A stretch of DNA of 64,000 nucleotides from Candidatus Latescibacterota bacterium (GTDB lineage Bacteria; Latescibacterota; UBA2968). Every line of letters starts with the position of its first letter. Position 1 is the first letter of the stretch. A program made the position numbers and the translations under genes. Positions 1-10,146 of the stretch are shown piece by piece. Under the pieces are notes generated by a model that did no database searches, was not told where the DNA came from, and worked only from the letters and a program-made list of their open reading frames with translations. Where the stretch lies: assembly GCA_965207885.1 (NCBI GenBank), contig OZ242311.1, positions 5,600,001-5,664,000 of the forward strand, given 5' to 3'.

Positions 1-20
1 GTTGTTCCCGGTCGGCAGCA

Positions 21-52
21 GGTCCTGGGATCTCTCGGGACCTTTCGTTTTT
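21..52 (+). terminator. GC-rich hairpin plus U-rich tract in the leader of the PhyH gene (terminator or attenuator)
   Basis: GGTCCTGGG/CTCGGGACC stem followed by TTTCGTTTTTT, just before the GAGGTG RBS. Confidence 0.45.
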
Positions 53-64
53 TCGAGGTGTATT

Positions 65-850
65 ATGAAAAACCCAATTCCATCCCTAATGCTCAGTAGA
101 GAACAGATCGAAGCATTCTTTGAAACCGGATTCGTCATCGTACCGGACGTTTTCACACCCACCGAAATCGAAGAAATGCGAGCCGGATTTGACCGTCTGC
201 AAAAAATAGCCTACTCGCTATCGGAACCCGGGATCCACAACGGCTCTGATTTTGCCATTGAGAAAACGGAATCGGGGCGGGTCATCATTCACCGCATCTC
301 CTGGTGCGGGGCAGCCGAACCCGTGCTACTCGCATACGGCAAAGACCATCGCCTCCTCGGAATGGCGAGCCAGTTGCTGGACAGCAACGAAATGAACCAG
401 TTAATCAACCAGGCCCACTTCAAAATACCCGGCGACAACGTGGCATTTCCGTGGCATCAGGACAGCGAACATCGCGGATATGGAAAACCCTGGTGGAAGG
501 ACGTCAACGGACGCGGCAGCTTTGTCCAACAAGCCATCGCCATTGACGATGTAACCGAAGAAAGTGGACCTTTGAAATTCATCCCCGGAAGTTGCAAATT
601 GGGGCATCTGGGTCTGCTGAGTCGCAGCGAAGAAGAATACCCGGCACTCTTCAATCCCGACGACGCCATTACGGGGATCATGAAAGCTGGCAGCGTAGCC
701 CTATTCAACCCATACGTCATCCACGGCAGCGAACCGAACCGCTCGCAGAAACCGCGGCGCGTCTTTATAAACGGCTATGCTTGCCCCGGCGCCAACTCGA
801 GAACCTATCCTGGAAAGGGTGCTGGCAGACTCTTAAAAATCACCGACTAA
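65..850 (+). CDS. Phytanoyl-CoA dioxygenase (PhyH) family Fe(II)/2-oxoglutarate dioxygenase
   Basis: 'FFETGFVIVPDVF', HxD motif 'WHQD', distal His 'IHGS..N.S..RR'; ATG at 65 follows GAGG. Confidence 0.9.
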   Translation: MKNPIPSLMLSREQIEAFFETGFVIVPDVFTPTEIEEMRAGFDRLQKIAYSLSEPGIHNGSDFAIEKTESGRVIIHRISWCGAAEPVLLAYGKDHRLLGMASQLLDSNEMNQLINQAHFKIPGDNVAFPWHQDSEHRGYGKPWWKDVNGRGSFVQQAIAIDDVTEESGPLKFIPGSCKLGHLGLLSRSEEEYPALFNPDDAITGIMKAGSVALFNPYVIHGSEPNRSQKPRRVFINGYACPGANSRTYPGKGAGRLLKITD

Positions 851-862
851 CAACCAAACCTT

Positions 863-894
863 CTGGATCGCGGCTAACACCCTGCCGCGATGAC
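863..894. repeat. CTGGAT-hairpin-ATGAC palindromic intergenic repeat (REP/RPE/dRS3-like), copy 1
   Basis: ctggatcgcggctaacaccctgccgcgatgac; similar copies at 31689, 40464, 42539, 42611, 45638. Confidence 0.85.
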
Positions 895-940
895 GACACT
901 GTTGATAGAGTTGACAGAACGCCTAAGGTTGATCCATTGC

Positions 941-2398
941 TTAATTGAAAGACCTCTCCGCCTGCTTAACAATACCCTTCAACATGCGCTTGAAAATGAG
1001 ATAGTGGATGGGATAAAGGCCATACCAGTAAAGCAAGCCCCCCAGACCCAGAGGATCGAAAATAGCCGTCTGGGTTATCTGGCTACCCCCTTCCACGGGC
1101 TGGACCTCAAACTGAAGCCATGCCCGACCAGGCACCTTCATCTCTGCCTGCAAGCGCAGAAGGCGATGTTCTTCAAAAGCCTCAACGCGCCAGAAATCCA
1201 GGGGATCTCCCGGCCGCACATCAACCGGGTGTCGTCGCCCTCGCCGCATACCCACCCCACCCAGCAGCAAATCCACAAAACCGCGCAAATACCAGAGCCA
1301 TGTCGCAAAATACCAGCCCTGATCCCCCCCAATGCGCTGAACAGGATCAAAAGCTCGGCCGGGTTCCACACTCGCAAAAGCCTGCTGGCGATCAACAAGA
1401 CGAGAACCAAAACGCCTTCCACCCCATAAAGGCTCCTCACCGCTTGAAGACACCGCATCGCTCCAGCGGGTCTGAGCCATCTCCCGGTCCTCCTCCTCAA
1501 GCGCACGGGCCATCGCCTGACGCACATTTAGAGGACGGACGGGAAAACGCTCGCGCGCACCATCATCTCGGACAATCGTCTCATTCCGCAAACTATCGAT
1601 AAGCTTCTTACCCACCCGCGCATAAAGAGGCGTCACCAGCCCCAACCACAAACTGGAAAGACGGGGACTCAAAAAAGGCACCGGAATCATAAGACGTCGC
1701 ACGGCAATCTGACGGGCATATTCGCGCATCAACCCGCCGTAAGATAATTGTTGAGGACCCCCAATCTCAAAAACCGCGCTACCCTCCTCCTCCACATCCA
1801 GACCCCGGATCAAATAAGCAATCACATCCCCAATCGCAATCGGCTGGGTTGGCGTGCGGACCCAGCTCGGCGTAATCATAATCGGCAACTTATTGACCAG
1901 ACTCCGCACCATCTCAAAAGACAGCGAACCCGAACCAATAATAATAGAAGCGCGAAACTCCAGCGTCGCAGGTCCCTCGGAAGTTAGAATAGCCCCCACC
2001 TCCCGGCGACTCGCCAGATGGGAAGAAAGCTCACGATCCCCAACCAGACCCCCCAAATAAATAACGCGCCGAATCCCCTGCTGCAGCGCGACGCGAGCAA
2101 AATTTTGTGCCCCAATGCGGTCCTGCTCCTCAAAATTGGCTCTGGACCCCATAGAATGCACCAGATAGTACGCCGTATCTATCCCCTCCAGAGCAACCCT
2201 CAGCGAATCCCGATCCAGCACATCACCCGCGACAATCTCAGTATCGGAACAAAACCGACCAGCCAGATACTGGGGATTGCGAGCCAGGCAACGCACGCGC
2301 GCTCCTATTTCTTCAAGCGCCGGAACCAGCCGCCCACCAACATAACCGCTGGCTCCCGTCACCAGTACGAGCTTGTCTTTTCCCTTATCCTGAGACAT
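941..2398 (-). CDS. Atypical SDR/NAD(P)-binding oxidoreductase with C-terminal DUF2867-like domain (YbjT-like)
   Basis: TGASGYVG Rossmann motif; 'AYYLVHSM'; C-terminal 'IGGDQGWY...LDFWRVE...AEMKVPGRAWL'. Confidence 0.85.
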   Translation of the reverse strand: MSQDKGKDKLVLVTGASGYVGGRLVPALEEIGARVRCLARNPQYLAGRFCSDTEIVAGDVLDRDSLRVALEGIDTAYYLVHSMGSRANFEEQDRIGAQNFARVALQQGIRRVIYLGGLVGDRELSSHLASRREVGAILTSEGPATLEFRASIIIGSGSLSFEMVRSLVNKLPIMITPSWVRTPTQPIAIGDVIAYLIRGLDVEEEGSAVFEIGGPQQLSYGGLMREYARQIAVRRLMIPVPFLSPRLSSLWLGLVTPLYARVGKKLIDSLRNETIVRDDGARERFPVRPLNVRQAMARALEEEDREMAQTRWSDAVSSSGEEPLWGGRRFGSRLVDRQQAFASVEPGRAFDPVQRIGGDQGWYFATWLWYLRGFVDLLLGGVGMRRGRRHPVDVRPGDPLDFWRVEAFEEHRLLRLQAEMKVPGRAWLQFEVQPVEGGSQITQTAIFDPLGLGGLLYWYGLYPIHYLIFKRMLKGIVKQAERSFN

Positions 2399-2405
2399 CG
2401 CCTGC

Positions 2406-3440
2406 CTAATGCATATCTATGGACAGCACATAACTGAGCAGAGTCACCAAAAGCCACGTCGCCACCAGCACAACCCCAAAAGGGCGCTTCATCGCATTGC
2501 CCGACACAAAAATGCCGCAGCGGAAAACAACGAGAATAAACACCATTGCCGGAAACAAAAATTGGAAAAACTGACCATCTGCTTGCAAGCCACCTGGTGT
2601 TGCCGCGGCCGAGACACCAGCGACAAAGAGCACATTGAGAATATCCGCGCCGATAATATTGCCAACCGCCAGCTCGCCGTGCCCGCGTCTAACAGCGGTG
2701 ATCGCCGTCACGAGTTCTGGGAGCGACGTGCCAAACGCGACAAGCGTCGCCGAAATAATGTGCTTTGGCACGCCAATTCTCTCTGCCAAAATACTCACAC
2801 TGGGAATGAGAATTTGAGCCGAAAGAACAATAACCGCAATCGCCAGGATCAACTTGACAAGCACGAGGGACGCGTTACTCTCCTCCGCATCGGTTGCATC
2901 TTCCTGCTCAGCATCCGACATAGTCGCAGCCCATCGGATCGACTGCCAAATATAGAGCCCCAAAAGAACAACAAAAGCGAACCCGGCGAACTGTGGCAAA
3001 ACCCCACCCTGACTAAACAATTTCGCGGGAGACGCCCACGGAAAACAGGCGAGCACCAGAAGAATACCAGCCCCCACCTGCACATTAGACAACCGCGACG
3101 CCAACTGACGGTTGAGAGGTAGGGGAGCAATCAGAGAAGCCAGACCAATGATAAGGCCCGTATCGCAAATAATCGAACCGACGGCATTCCCAAGCGCAAG
3201 CCCCGGTTTCCCCTGAAGCGCCGAAAACACGGACACCGCCGCTTCCGGCGTCGTCGTACCAATACTCACAATCGTCGCACCGATAACCGCTTTCCCCAGC
3301 CCCCAGCGCACCGAAAGCGTCACAGCTTCATCGACGAGCCAATCCGCACCTTTGCCGAGCGTGTACAGCGTCACCGCAATAATCACAAGCATGTACGGAC
3401 TGGCCAATCCCATCACAAGCTCTTCAATCCACTTTTCCAT
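2406..3440 (-). CDS. Ca2+/Na+ antiporter (CaCA, YrbG-like)
   Basis: Two alpha repeats 'GTTTPE...GNAVGS' and 'GTSLPE...GNIIGA'; about 10 TM helices. Confidence 0.9.
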   Translation of the reverse strand: MEKWIEELVMGLASPYMLVIIAVTLYTLGKGADWLVDEAVTLSVRWGLGKAVIGATIVSIGTTTPEAAVSVFSALQGKPGLALGNAVGSIICDTGLIIGLASLIAPLPLNRQLASRLSNVQVGAGILLVLACFPWASPAKLFSQGGVLPQFAGFAFVVLLGLYIWQSIRWAATMSDAEQEDATDAEESNASLVLVKLILAIAVIVLSAQILIPSVSILAERIGVPKHIISATLVAFGTSLPELVTAITAVRRGHGELAVGNIIGADILNVLFVAGVSAAATPGGLQADGQFFQFLFPAMVFILVVFRCGIFVSGNAMKRPFGVVLVATWLLVTLLSYVLSIDMH

Positions 3441-3456
3441 CTTCTACCTTTCCCAA

Positions 3457-4230
3457 TCAAATAACAAAAATATCACTCGGACGATCCTGCTCTGCCACAC
3501 TCATCGGAAAAGACCGAATACCCTGACCCTGCAACATATCTGCACATGTCTCTCGCGCCAAATCCGGCCGATTATTTTTCTCACTCAAATGCGCCAGAAC
3601 CGCCTGCTGCAACCCCTCTCGCGCCAGATCGCACAACGCCTCGGCAGCCCCATCATTTGACAAATGACCGTGCGTACTATTAATCCTCTGCTTCAAAACC
3701 CAGGGATAAGGCCCATCCATCAGCAATTGCCGATCGTAATTCGACTCAATAATCAACAGATCAGCGCGGCGCATATGCTGATAAACCAACTGCGTCACCG
3801 TACCCATATCTGTAGCAATCGTCACATTGGCCTGCCCATCCGTCACAGAAAAATTCACGGGATCAGCGGCATCGTGAGGCAATTGAAACGCCTGAAAAGA
3901 CAAATCGCCAATTGAAAAAGCCTCATCATTTTCAAACACCCGAATCTTTTCAGTCCCTCGAAAAATCTTCTTCGACGCATTCAGCGTACCCTCCGTCATC
4001 CAAACGGACAACCCGTACCGCCGCGCCAACACCCCCACCCCCTTAATATGATCGGAATGCTCGTGACTCACCACAACAGCCTGCAAACCCGCTGGATCAA
4101 ACCCAACACCTCGCAAACGCTCTTCGATCTTCTTACCCGTCAAACCCGCATCGATAAGCACACTTGAAGAACCATTTTGAACACAAATCGAATTGCCACC
4201 GCTACCACTTGCCAACAAACAAATCTTCAC
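3457..4230 (-). CDS. MBL-fold metallo-hydrolase (YycJ/WalJ-like)
   Basis: 'LASGSGGN', 'SHEHSDH', 'PHDAADP', 'GHLSN', 'AHLSEKNN'; GTG start. Confidence 0.85.
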   Translation of the reverse strand: MKICLLASGSGGNSICVQNGSSSVLIDAGLTGKKIEERLRGVGFDPAGLQAVVVSHEHSDHIKGVGVLARRYGLSVWMTEGTLNASKKIFRGTEKIRVFENDEAFSIGDLSFQAFQLPHDAADPVNFSVTDGQANVTIATDMGTVTQLVYQHMRRADLLIIESNYDRQLLMDGPYPWVLKQRINSTHGHLSNDGAAEALCDLAREGLQQAVLAHLSEKNNRPDLARETCADMLQGQGIRSFPMSVAEQDRPSDIFVI

Positions 4231-4248
4231 CGGTAACTCCTCTATTCA

Positions 4249-6543
4249 CTACTCATTCACAATCCGCGCCACCCAAATACTAATCTCGTACAAAACTACG
4301 AGCGGCAGCGCCATCAAAACCTGAGACAGGGGATCGGGAGGGGTCAAAATAGCGGCGAGTATAATCCCGAACACAAGCGCATAACGCCGTCCCTTTCGCA
4401 TCCGATCGCGTGTTGCAATCCCCATCTTAGCCAAAAAAAACGTCAACACGGGCAACTCAAACACCAGGCCAAAAGCAATCAGAAGGCGCAGCACAAAACC
4501 GATATACTCCCCAATATCAAACTGCGGCATCACAATCGTATCAGCAGCCATACCAACAAAAAACTTCATCGCCAATGGGATAACCAGCCAGTACGCCAAA
4601 ACAGCACCAACAACAAAACACACAGTAGCCGAACCAATCACAAACGTCACAAATCGCCGCTCGCTGGCAAACAGACCGGGCGCGACAAACATCCAGATCT
4701 GAAAAATCAAAAACGGCAGCGCCAGAATCCCCCCACCCACCAGCGCGATCTGCAACTTGACCATAAACATGCCCATCGGTCTTAAGGTCTGCAATATCAT
4801 TTTATCTTCCAGTTCGCGGGTAGGGTGGATCAACACATCCAAAATCTCATTGACAAAAATTCCGCAAAAAACCGCGCCTATAATAATCGCGGCCAACCCC
4901 TTCAAAATGCGCCACCGCAACTCCTCCAGATGATCGAGAAAAGGCATCGGCTTGCCTTCATCGGGCAGATCTTCTTCATCGCGGTCTGGCATAATCGCCG
5001 GCACCGTACCCTCAGGCGGTGCAACATCCTCCTCCACCTCTCGCGGTCGCCGAATAGCCGACACCGCCAACCCCATCAACGCGATCACGCCGCACAACTG
5101 AGAAAACAAATCGCCAAACCGCATATAAAGCGTCTGCTCATTGCTCGGTGCAATAGTCCCTGCCACAACAGCCTCGTGAAACAAACCCGTCTTTTGCTCT
5201 TGCCGCCCATAGGGATCGATAAACATCGACACACCCGTATTGGCACAGCGCACCACCCAACGCCTGTTCTCAACAGCCCTGAACGTCGCAATATCCGCGT
5301 GCTGATAAGGTGCTGACGTGCGCCCGTACCACCCATCATTCGTAATCACCACCAAAAACTCGGCACCCCGAACCATCATATCGCGCGCAAGCCAGGGAAA
5401 CACCGAATCAAAACAAATCATCCCGGAAAACTTTCCACCCGGCACCTCAAAAACCGTAAGCGCAGTCCCGCTCTCAAAATCGCCGCTGATATACCCACCG
5501 CCACTCCATTGAAAATCGCGCAAAAACCCGAGCAACTTGGGAAAAGGCGCCCGCTCTCCAAACGGCACCACCTTCACCTTGTCGTAATGCGGCAAATCGC
5601 CCCCGCCAGGCTCCAACAAAAAAGAAGAATTGTAATAGCGATCCCGCGCCGCGGCCTCGAAGCGATTCGCCCCCATATACAGATAAATCCCCAGCGAATC
5701 GACCAGCGCCTGCACCCGCGCCTGATACGCCTGTTGCGATGCATCATCACGCTTCAAATACGCGGGCAAAGCCGCCTCTGACCACACAACCAACCGCGTC
5801 CCCGACTCCGCGGCCTGAATCGTCAAAGGCTCCAACTTGTTAAAATTGTGATCAAAACCCCAGTAAGATTTCTCAACAGGCGGCACATTTTGCTGCACAA
5901 TGGCAACCTTCAAATCGCCCTCGGCAACCGGCTCTGCCATACGCCACAAACCAAATCCCGCTGGCAGTGCAAAAGCCAGAACCAGAGCACCAACCATCAA
6001 GTCTCGCCGCGCACTTTCCAATGCCTTAAACGCAATCAGATTAACCACCACCACCCAGAACGACACCCCGTAAACCCCTGTCGCCTCTGCAATCTGGATC
6101 AAAGGCAAATAATCCACCTGGCTATGCCCGAGGAGCATCCACGGAAAACCCATATCGCCCAGCGTATTAAAATATTCAAACCCCACCCACAAAAAAGGCA
6201 CCATCCACAACCCCAGCCTGCCAACGCGCGCCATTGCAAACGCCCACAACCACACAAACAGCCCCCGAAAAAGCGACATATACAAAATTGCCCCCGCCAT
6301 ACCCGGGGGGGTAATCCACGCAATCCAATAAACACTCGCACCGTAAAAAACCACACCCTGCAAAAAACCCGCGCCAAAAGCCACGCGCCCACGCAGATTT
6401 TCGGCAACGGGAATCAGAGGCAACAAACTGATACAAGCCAAAAAACCGAGCGGCAAAGGAGGAAAAGCCGCTGCCATCAGCAGACCCGACAAAATCGGAT
6501 ACCCGAGCACCAACCGCCAACCCCACGTATTGTCCTGCGCCAT
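4249..6543 (-). CDS. lnt-tatC: Fusion of apolipoprotein N-acyltransferase Lnt (N-terminal) and twin-arginine translocase TatC (C-terminal)
   Basis: Lnt triad E 'WSEAALP', K 'YDKVKVVPFGE', C 'ICFDSVFP', plus 'TNDGWYG' and 'ANTGVS'; acidic Pro-rich linker; TatC 'MPFLDHLEELRWR', 'APGLFASE', 'FELP', 'TPPDPLSQ'. One open frame; alternative start at 6561. Confidence 0.9.
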   Translation of the reverse strand: MAQDNTWGWRLVLGYPILSGLLMAAAFPPLPLGFLACISLLPLIPVAENLRGRVAFGAGFLQGVVFYGASVYWIAWITPPGMAGAILYMSLFRGLFVWLWAFAMARVGRLGLWMVPFLWVGFEYFNTLGDMGFPWMLLGHSQVDYLPLIQIAEATGVYGVSFWVVVVNLIAFKALESARRDLMVGALVLAFALPAGFGLWRMAEPVAEGDLKVAIVQQNVPPVEKSYWGFDHNFNKLEPLTIQAAESGTRLVVWSEAALPAYLKRDDASQQAYQARVQALVDSLGIYLYMGANRFEAAARDRYYNSSFLLEPGGGDLPHYDKVKVVPFGERAPFPKLLGFLRDFQWSGGGYISGDFESGTALTVFEVPGGKFSGMICFDSVFPWLARDMMVRGAEFLVVITNDGWYGRTSAPYQHADIATFRAVENRRWVVRCANTGVSMFIDPYGRQEQKTGLFHEAVVAGTIAPSNEQTLYMRFGDLFSQLCGVIALMGLAVSAIRRPREVEEDVAPPEGTVPAIMPDRDEEDLPDEGKPMPFLDHLEELRWRILKGLAAIIIGAVFCGIFVNEILDVLIHPTRELEDKMILQTLRPMGMFMVKLQIALVGGGILALPFLIFQIWMFVAPGLFASERRFVTFVIGSATVCFVVGAVLAYWLVIPLAMKFFVGMAADTIVMPQFDIGEYIGFVLRLLIAFGLVFELPVLTFFLAKMGIATRDRMRKGRRYALVFGIILAAILTPPDPLSQVLMALPLVVLYEISIWVARIVNE

Positions 6544-6547
6544 ACTA

Positions 6548-6582
6548 TCACCTGTGTTCATCTGTGTCTATCTGTGGTTAAA
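6548..6582. repeat. Short ATCTGTG(T/G)-type tandem repeat
   Basis: tcacctgtgttcatctgtgtctatctgtggttaaa; a related run lies at 56688-56716. Confidence 0.5.
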
Positions 6583-6676
6583 AATCCCTATTGCAAAAAA
6601 CACAAAGATTACGGAATATAAAGACGGGTCAAATCCCTGTCAATTGCCGTCCAAAAAAACAAACCCGGTCTATAAC

Positions 6677-7891
6677 ATGTTACCCGACCTCAATACAGAA
6701 CTCCAGGCATTGCGCGAACAAAACCTCTACCGCTCGGTGCGAAGTGTGGAAACCAGCCAGGAACCCCGCATCCGCATCAAAGGGCGAGAACTCATCCTCT
6801 TTTGCTCAAACAACTATCTGGGCCTCGCCAACCATCCCGTCCTCAAAGGTGCAGCAATCGAAGCGCTCAACACCTATGGAAGCAGCACCGTAGCATCGGC
6901 ACTCATCTCGGGATACATGCCCCCACACGCCGACCTCGAAAGCAGCATGGCACAATTCCTCGACACAGAAGCAGCCATCGCATTTCCCACGGGCTACACG
7001 GCCAACCTCGGCGTTATACCCGCCCTCATCAACCGCGACGACATCATTTTTAGCGACCAATTAAATCACCGCAGCATCATTGATAGCTGTCGCCTCTCCC
7101 GCGCACAAATCGCCATCTATAACCACTGCGACATCGCCCACCTCGAAACCCAGCTCAAAACCTCATCCGCCCATCGCCGTCGCCTCATCGTCACCGATGG
7201 CGTCTTCTCAATGGACGGAGACATCGCCCCACTGCCCGAACTCGTCTCCCTCGCCGAACAACACAACGCCATCCTCATGGTCGATGACGCCCACGCAACC
7301 GGGGTCCTCGGACCTGGGGGTCGCGGCACCTTCGAACACTTTGGCCTCTCTCCCGAAGCCATCGACATCCTCATGACCTCCGGCAGCAAAGCCCTCGGCG
7401 CATCCGGCGGATTCATCTGTGGCAGCCGCGACCTCATCGACCTCATACGCAACCGCTCGGCAGCGTACATCTACACCACCGCAATGCCGCCCGACGCATG
7501 TGCATCCACCACCGCGGCACTCGACCTCATCCAGCGCGATACCAGCTTGCGCCAACGCCTGTGGCACAACACAACAACCATCAGCCAGCACCTTCAAGCC
7601 CTCGGATTCGACCTCGCCCAATCCCAAACCCACATCATACCCATACTCGTTGGCGACGCCCAGAAAACCGTTGAAATATCCGAACACCTCTACAACCACG
7701 GCATCTACCTCTACGGCATACGCCCCCCCACCGTACCCGAGGGCCAAAGCCGTCTGCGCCTCTCCGTCATGGCAACCCATACCGACGACGACATCGCACA
7801 ATTATTAGACGCCATGGCCGAAGTCCGACACAGTTTTTTTGGAGACCACCAGGTCCAACCCCCTCGACCACATCCGAATCGTCCTGGTTGA
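6677..7891 (+). CDS. bioF: 8-amino-7-oxononanoate synthase
   Basis: 'FCSNNYLGL', 'TGYTAN', 'DGVFSMDGD', 'DDAHATG', PLP Lys in 'SKALG', 'IRPPTVP'. Confidence 0.88.
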   Translation: MLPDLNTELQALREQNLYRSVRSVETSQEPRIRIKGRELILFCSNNYLGLANHPVLKGAAIEALNTYGSSTVASALISGYMPPHADLESSMAQFLDTEAAIAFPTGYTANLGVIPALINRDDIIFSDQLNHRSIIDSCRLSRAQIAIYNHCDIAHLETQLKTSSAHRRRLIVTDGVFSMDGDIAPLPELVSLAEQHNAILMVDDAHATGVLGPGGRGTFEHFGLSPEAIDILMTSGSKALGASGGFICGSRDLIDLIRNRSAAYIYTTAMPPDACASTTAALDLIQRDTSLRQRLWHNTTTISQHLQALGFDLAQSQTHIIPILVGDAQKTVEISEHLYNHGIYLYGIRPPTVPEGQSRLRLSVMATHTDDDIAQLLDAMAEVRHSFFGDHQVQPPRPHPNRPG

Positions 7892-8618
7892 ACCCAAAGA
7901 ACCCGGCAACATCGGCGCCGTGGCTCGCGCGATGAAAAACACGGGCTTATCGCACCTCTACCTCGTCAATCCCCCCGATCACACCAGCGGCGAAGCCCGC
8001 GCAATGGCGCATGGATCGGGCGACATCCTCTACGGTGCTACCGTCGTATCCTCACTACCCGAAGCACTCGCAGACGTATCGCTTGCCGTGGGCACATCCC
8101 ATCGCAAACGCCGCGAATTCGACATCGTACACCCACCTCAAACCGCGACAGACAAACTGTTATCCCTTCCCGAAAATCACAAAGGAGCCATCGTTTTTGG
8201 CCGGGAAGAAAACGGACTGACCAACAACGAAATCCAACTGTGTCAGCTAATCTCCCGCATTCCTTCAGCCGTGCGTTACCCTTCCCTCAACCTGTCGCAA
8301 GCCACCCTCATCTATGGCTACGAACTCTTTCGCGCAACCCATTCCGAAACCCCCTACAAACCATCGGAACTCGATCTGGCTACGCACCGCGAACTCGAAT
8401 CCATGTACGACCACATCCAAACCGCACTCGACAAACTCGGCTTTGTCTCGCGGCACCGCCCCCAGACCTTTATCCGATCCATCCGCCGAATCTTCAGCCG
8501 CATCGACATGGAACACCGCGACGTGGCGACCATCCACCGCGTCTTCCGCCAGGTCGATCGCTTCATCGCGCGGCACGGCCTCAACCCCATCCCATCACCC
8601 GATAAAAAAACAGAGTAA
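7839..8618 (+). CDS. trmJ: SPOUT RNA methyltransferase, TrmJ/LasT family
   Basis: 'IVLVEP..PGNIGAVARAMKN', 'FGRE..GL.N', 'SLNLSQA'; TTG start overlaps the end of bioF. Confidence 0.85.
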   Translation: METTRSNPLDHIRIVLVEPKEPGNIGAVARAMKNTGLSHLYLVNPPDHTSGEARAMAHGSGDILYGATVVSSLPEALADVSLAVGTSHRKRREFDIVHPPQTATDKLLSLPENHKGAIVFGREENGLTNNEIQLCQLISRIPSAVRYPSLNLSQATLIYGYELFRATHSETPYKPSELDLATHRELESMYDHIQTALDKLGFVSRHRPQTFIRSIRRIFSRIDMEHRDVATIHRVFRQVDRFIARHGLNPIPSPDKKTE

Positions 8619-8634
8619 CCGATCTCTGCGGTAG

Positions 8635-9984
8635 TCACCCCCCAAACCCCAGCGTCTCCAAAAGCGACAGACTCAAAGACTCCATTGCCGGCACTGTACC
8701 CACACCTCCCAAAGACGACAGAGATGCCCACGTCTCATACCCTCCCTCTTGCGCCAATGCCTCATCTGTACACACATAACCGATATACCCATTCGCCAGA
8801 CTCACCAGCATCAACGGCGAAACCGACGTCTGCGCCTTAATCCGAAGGCCAGTCTCCACAAAAATCTCCCCCGGCAACGCCAGAATCGCCGCATCGCCCA
8901 ACCGGATCGCTTGCACGGGTGCCGTCATCTGTTCGGGCAACGCCGCCAACCGCTGGCACTGCCTGGCATACACACCTACCCGATCCTTCCGCACCGGTTG
9001 TCCCACCACCCAACTGAATGGACCCTCCTCGTATTCGTATCCACCTGCGAGAATCTGTTCGGCAATATCGAGATCCGTCTCTGTAATCACTTTCCTCGAA
9101 AATTCCAGCGTCCCCGTCACAGCCTCCAATGCCAATTCCTCATCCAAATCCATCAACTGAATCTCTGTCAAAACATGCCCTGCCAGAACATTTGCCATCC
9201 GCCGCGCTCTGGGGTGCCCCCGATCCCGCCAAATCCGCTCGCCACTATAATCGTTGTTATTAATCTGTCCAGACGCCGCATTCCACAAAATCGGCACACA
9301 GTTCCCACCTATATAATGCCGCATCAAATTGAAAAACTGGCCAAAATAATCCGCCGACACCTCCCCGACACTGCCCGTTCCCACATAGTGCAGTGAAAAA
9401 CTCGCCACCACCGAAATCGGCGTACCATCTACCCCCTCCACATACATCATCGCCAACTCCGGATCGATCTCGCCCATCGGCCGCACGAGATCCGGATTGT
9501 TCAAACCCGGATTCATCCGCACGGTCCCATCCTTCATCAACCAGCGCCGATAAAACGAAATACGATCCTCCATCACACTGGCAAATCCCGCCCGGGCAGG
9601 CTGCATTCTCTTAATAGCCAACTCCACTGCATCGGCCACTTTCAGCGGGAGCCAGGTCGTGTACCCCTCATCTTCACCCATACCCAGAAGATTGCTCACC
9701 CCTGCCCCTGAATGCGTATGTGTCGCATTCACCATCACGCACTCAGGAGATATCCCACACCGTTCTTCAATACGCGCCTTCACGGCATTCGCAATCGCTT
9801 CTGGCACCGCGATCAAATCGCAAGTCACCATCGCAATCCTGACATCTCCATTATCGATCACCAGTGCCTTGGCCAGAAGCTCATCGTGTACATCCTCTCC
9901 GTATCGCGGCTGAAAACTTCCCGGCATCGTAACCCCCAGCCAGGGTGTAATATTGGACGTAGCAGCCCCTGCTTGCAATTTCAT
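8635..9984 (-). CDS. Neutral/alkaline ceramidase-like amidohydrolase
   Basis: 'GVHD.L.AKALV'-like segment, 'NATHTHSG', 'LPGEIFVE.G', 'LANGYIGY...GGYE'. Confidence 0.7.
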   Translation of the reverse strand: MKLQAGAATSNITPWLGVTMPGSFQPRYGEDVHDELLAKALVIDNGDVRIAMVTCDLIAVPEAIANAVKARIEERCGISPECVMVNATHTHSGAGVSNLLGMGEDEGYTTWLPLKVADAVELAIKRMQPARAGFASVMEDRISFYRRWLMKDGTVRMNPGLNNPDLVRPMGEIDPELAMMYVEGVDGTPISVVASFSLHYVGTGSVGEVSADYFGQFFNLMRHYIGGNCVPILWNAASGQINNNDYSGERIWRDRGHPRARRMANVLAGHVLTEIQLMDLDEELALEAVTGTLEFSRKVITETDLDIAEQILAGGYEYEEGPFSWVVGQPVRKDRVGVYARQCQRLAALPEQMTAPVQAIRLGDAAILALPGEIFVETGLRIKAQTSVSPLMLVSLANGYIGYVCTDEALAQEGGYETWASLSSLGGVGTVPAMESLSLSLLETLGFGG

Positions 9985-10146
9985 AATAATCCTCCCGTGT
10001 TAGATTTCACATCTTTTCTGTATTATATACCTGATATTTTCGCAACAGTAAAAGAAAAATGGAAACAGGGCGTTTTGTCGAATGAAGTTCAATGCGGTTG
10101 ACAGTGGTTCAGGGAACGCTTATTCTTTGAACAGGAGGTGGTTTTT

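Noticed and set aside
890-1429. 179-aa plus-strand ORF starting in the palindromic repeat
   Set aside because: Antisense to the SDR gene; its ATG comes from the repeat's ATGAC end.
6530-6676. N-terminal extension of BioF and a BirA operator
   Set aside because: Homology starts near ATG 6677, the extension overlaps the divergent gene, and no TGTAAACC-N-GGTTTACA box was seen.
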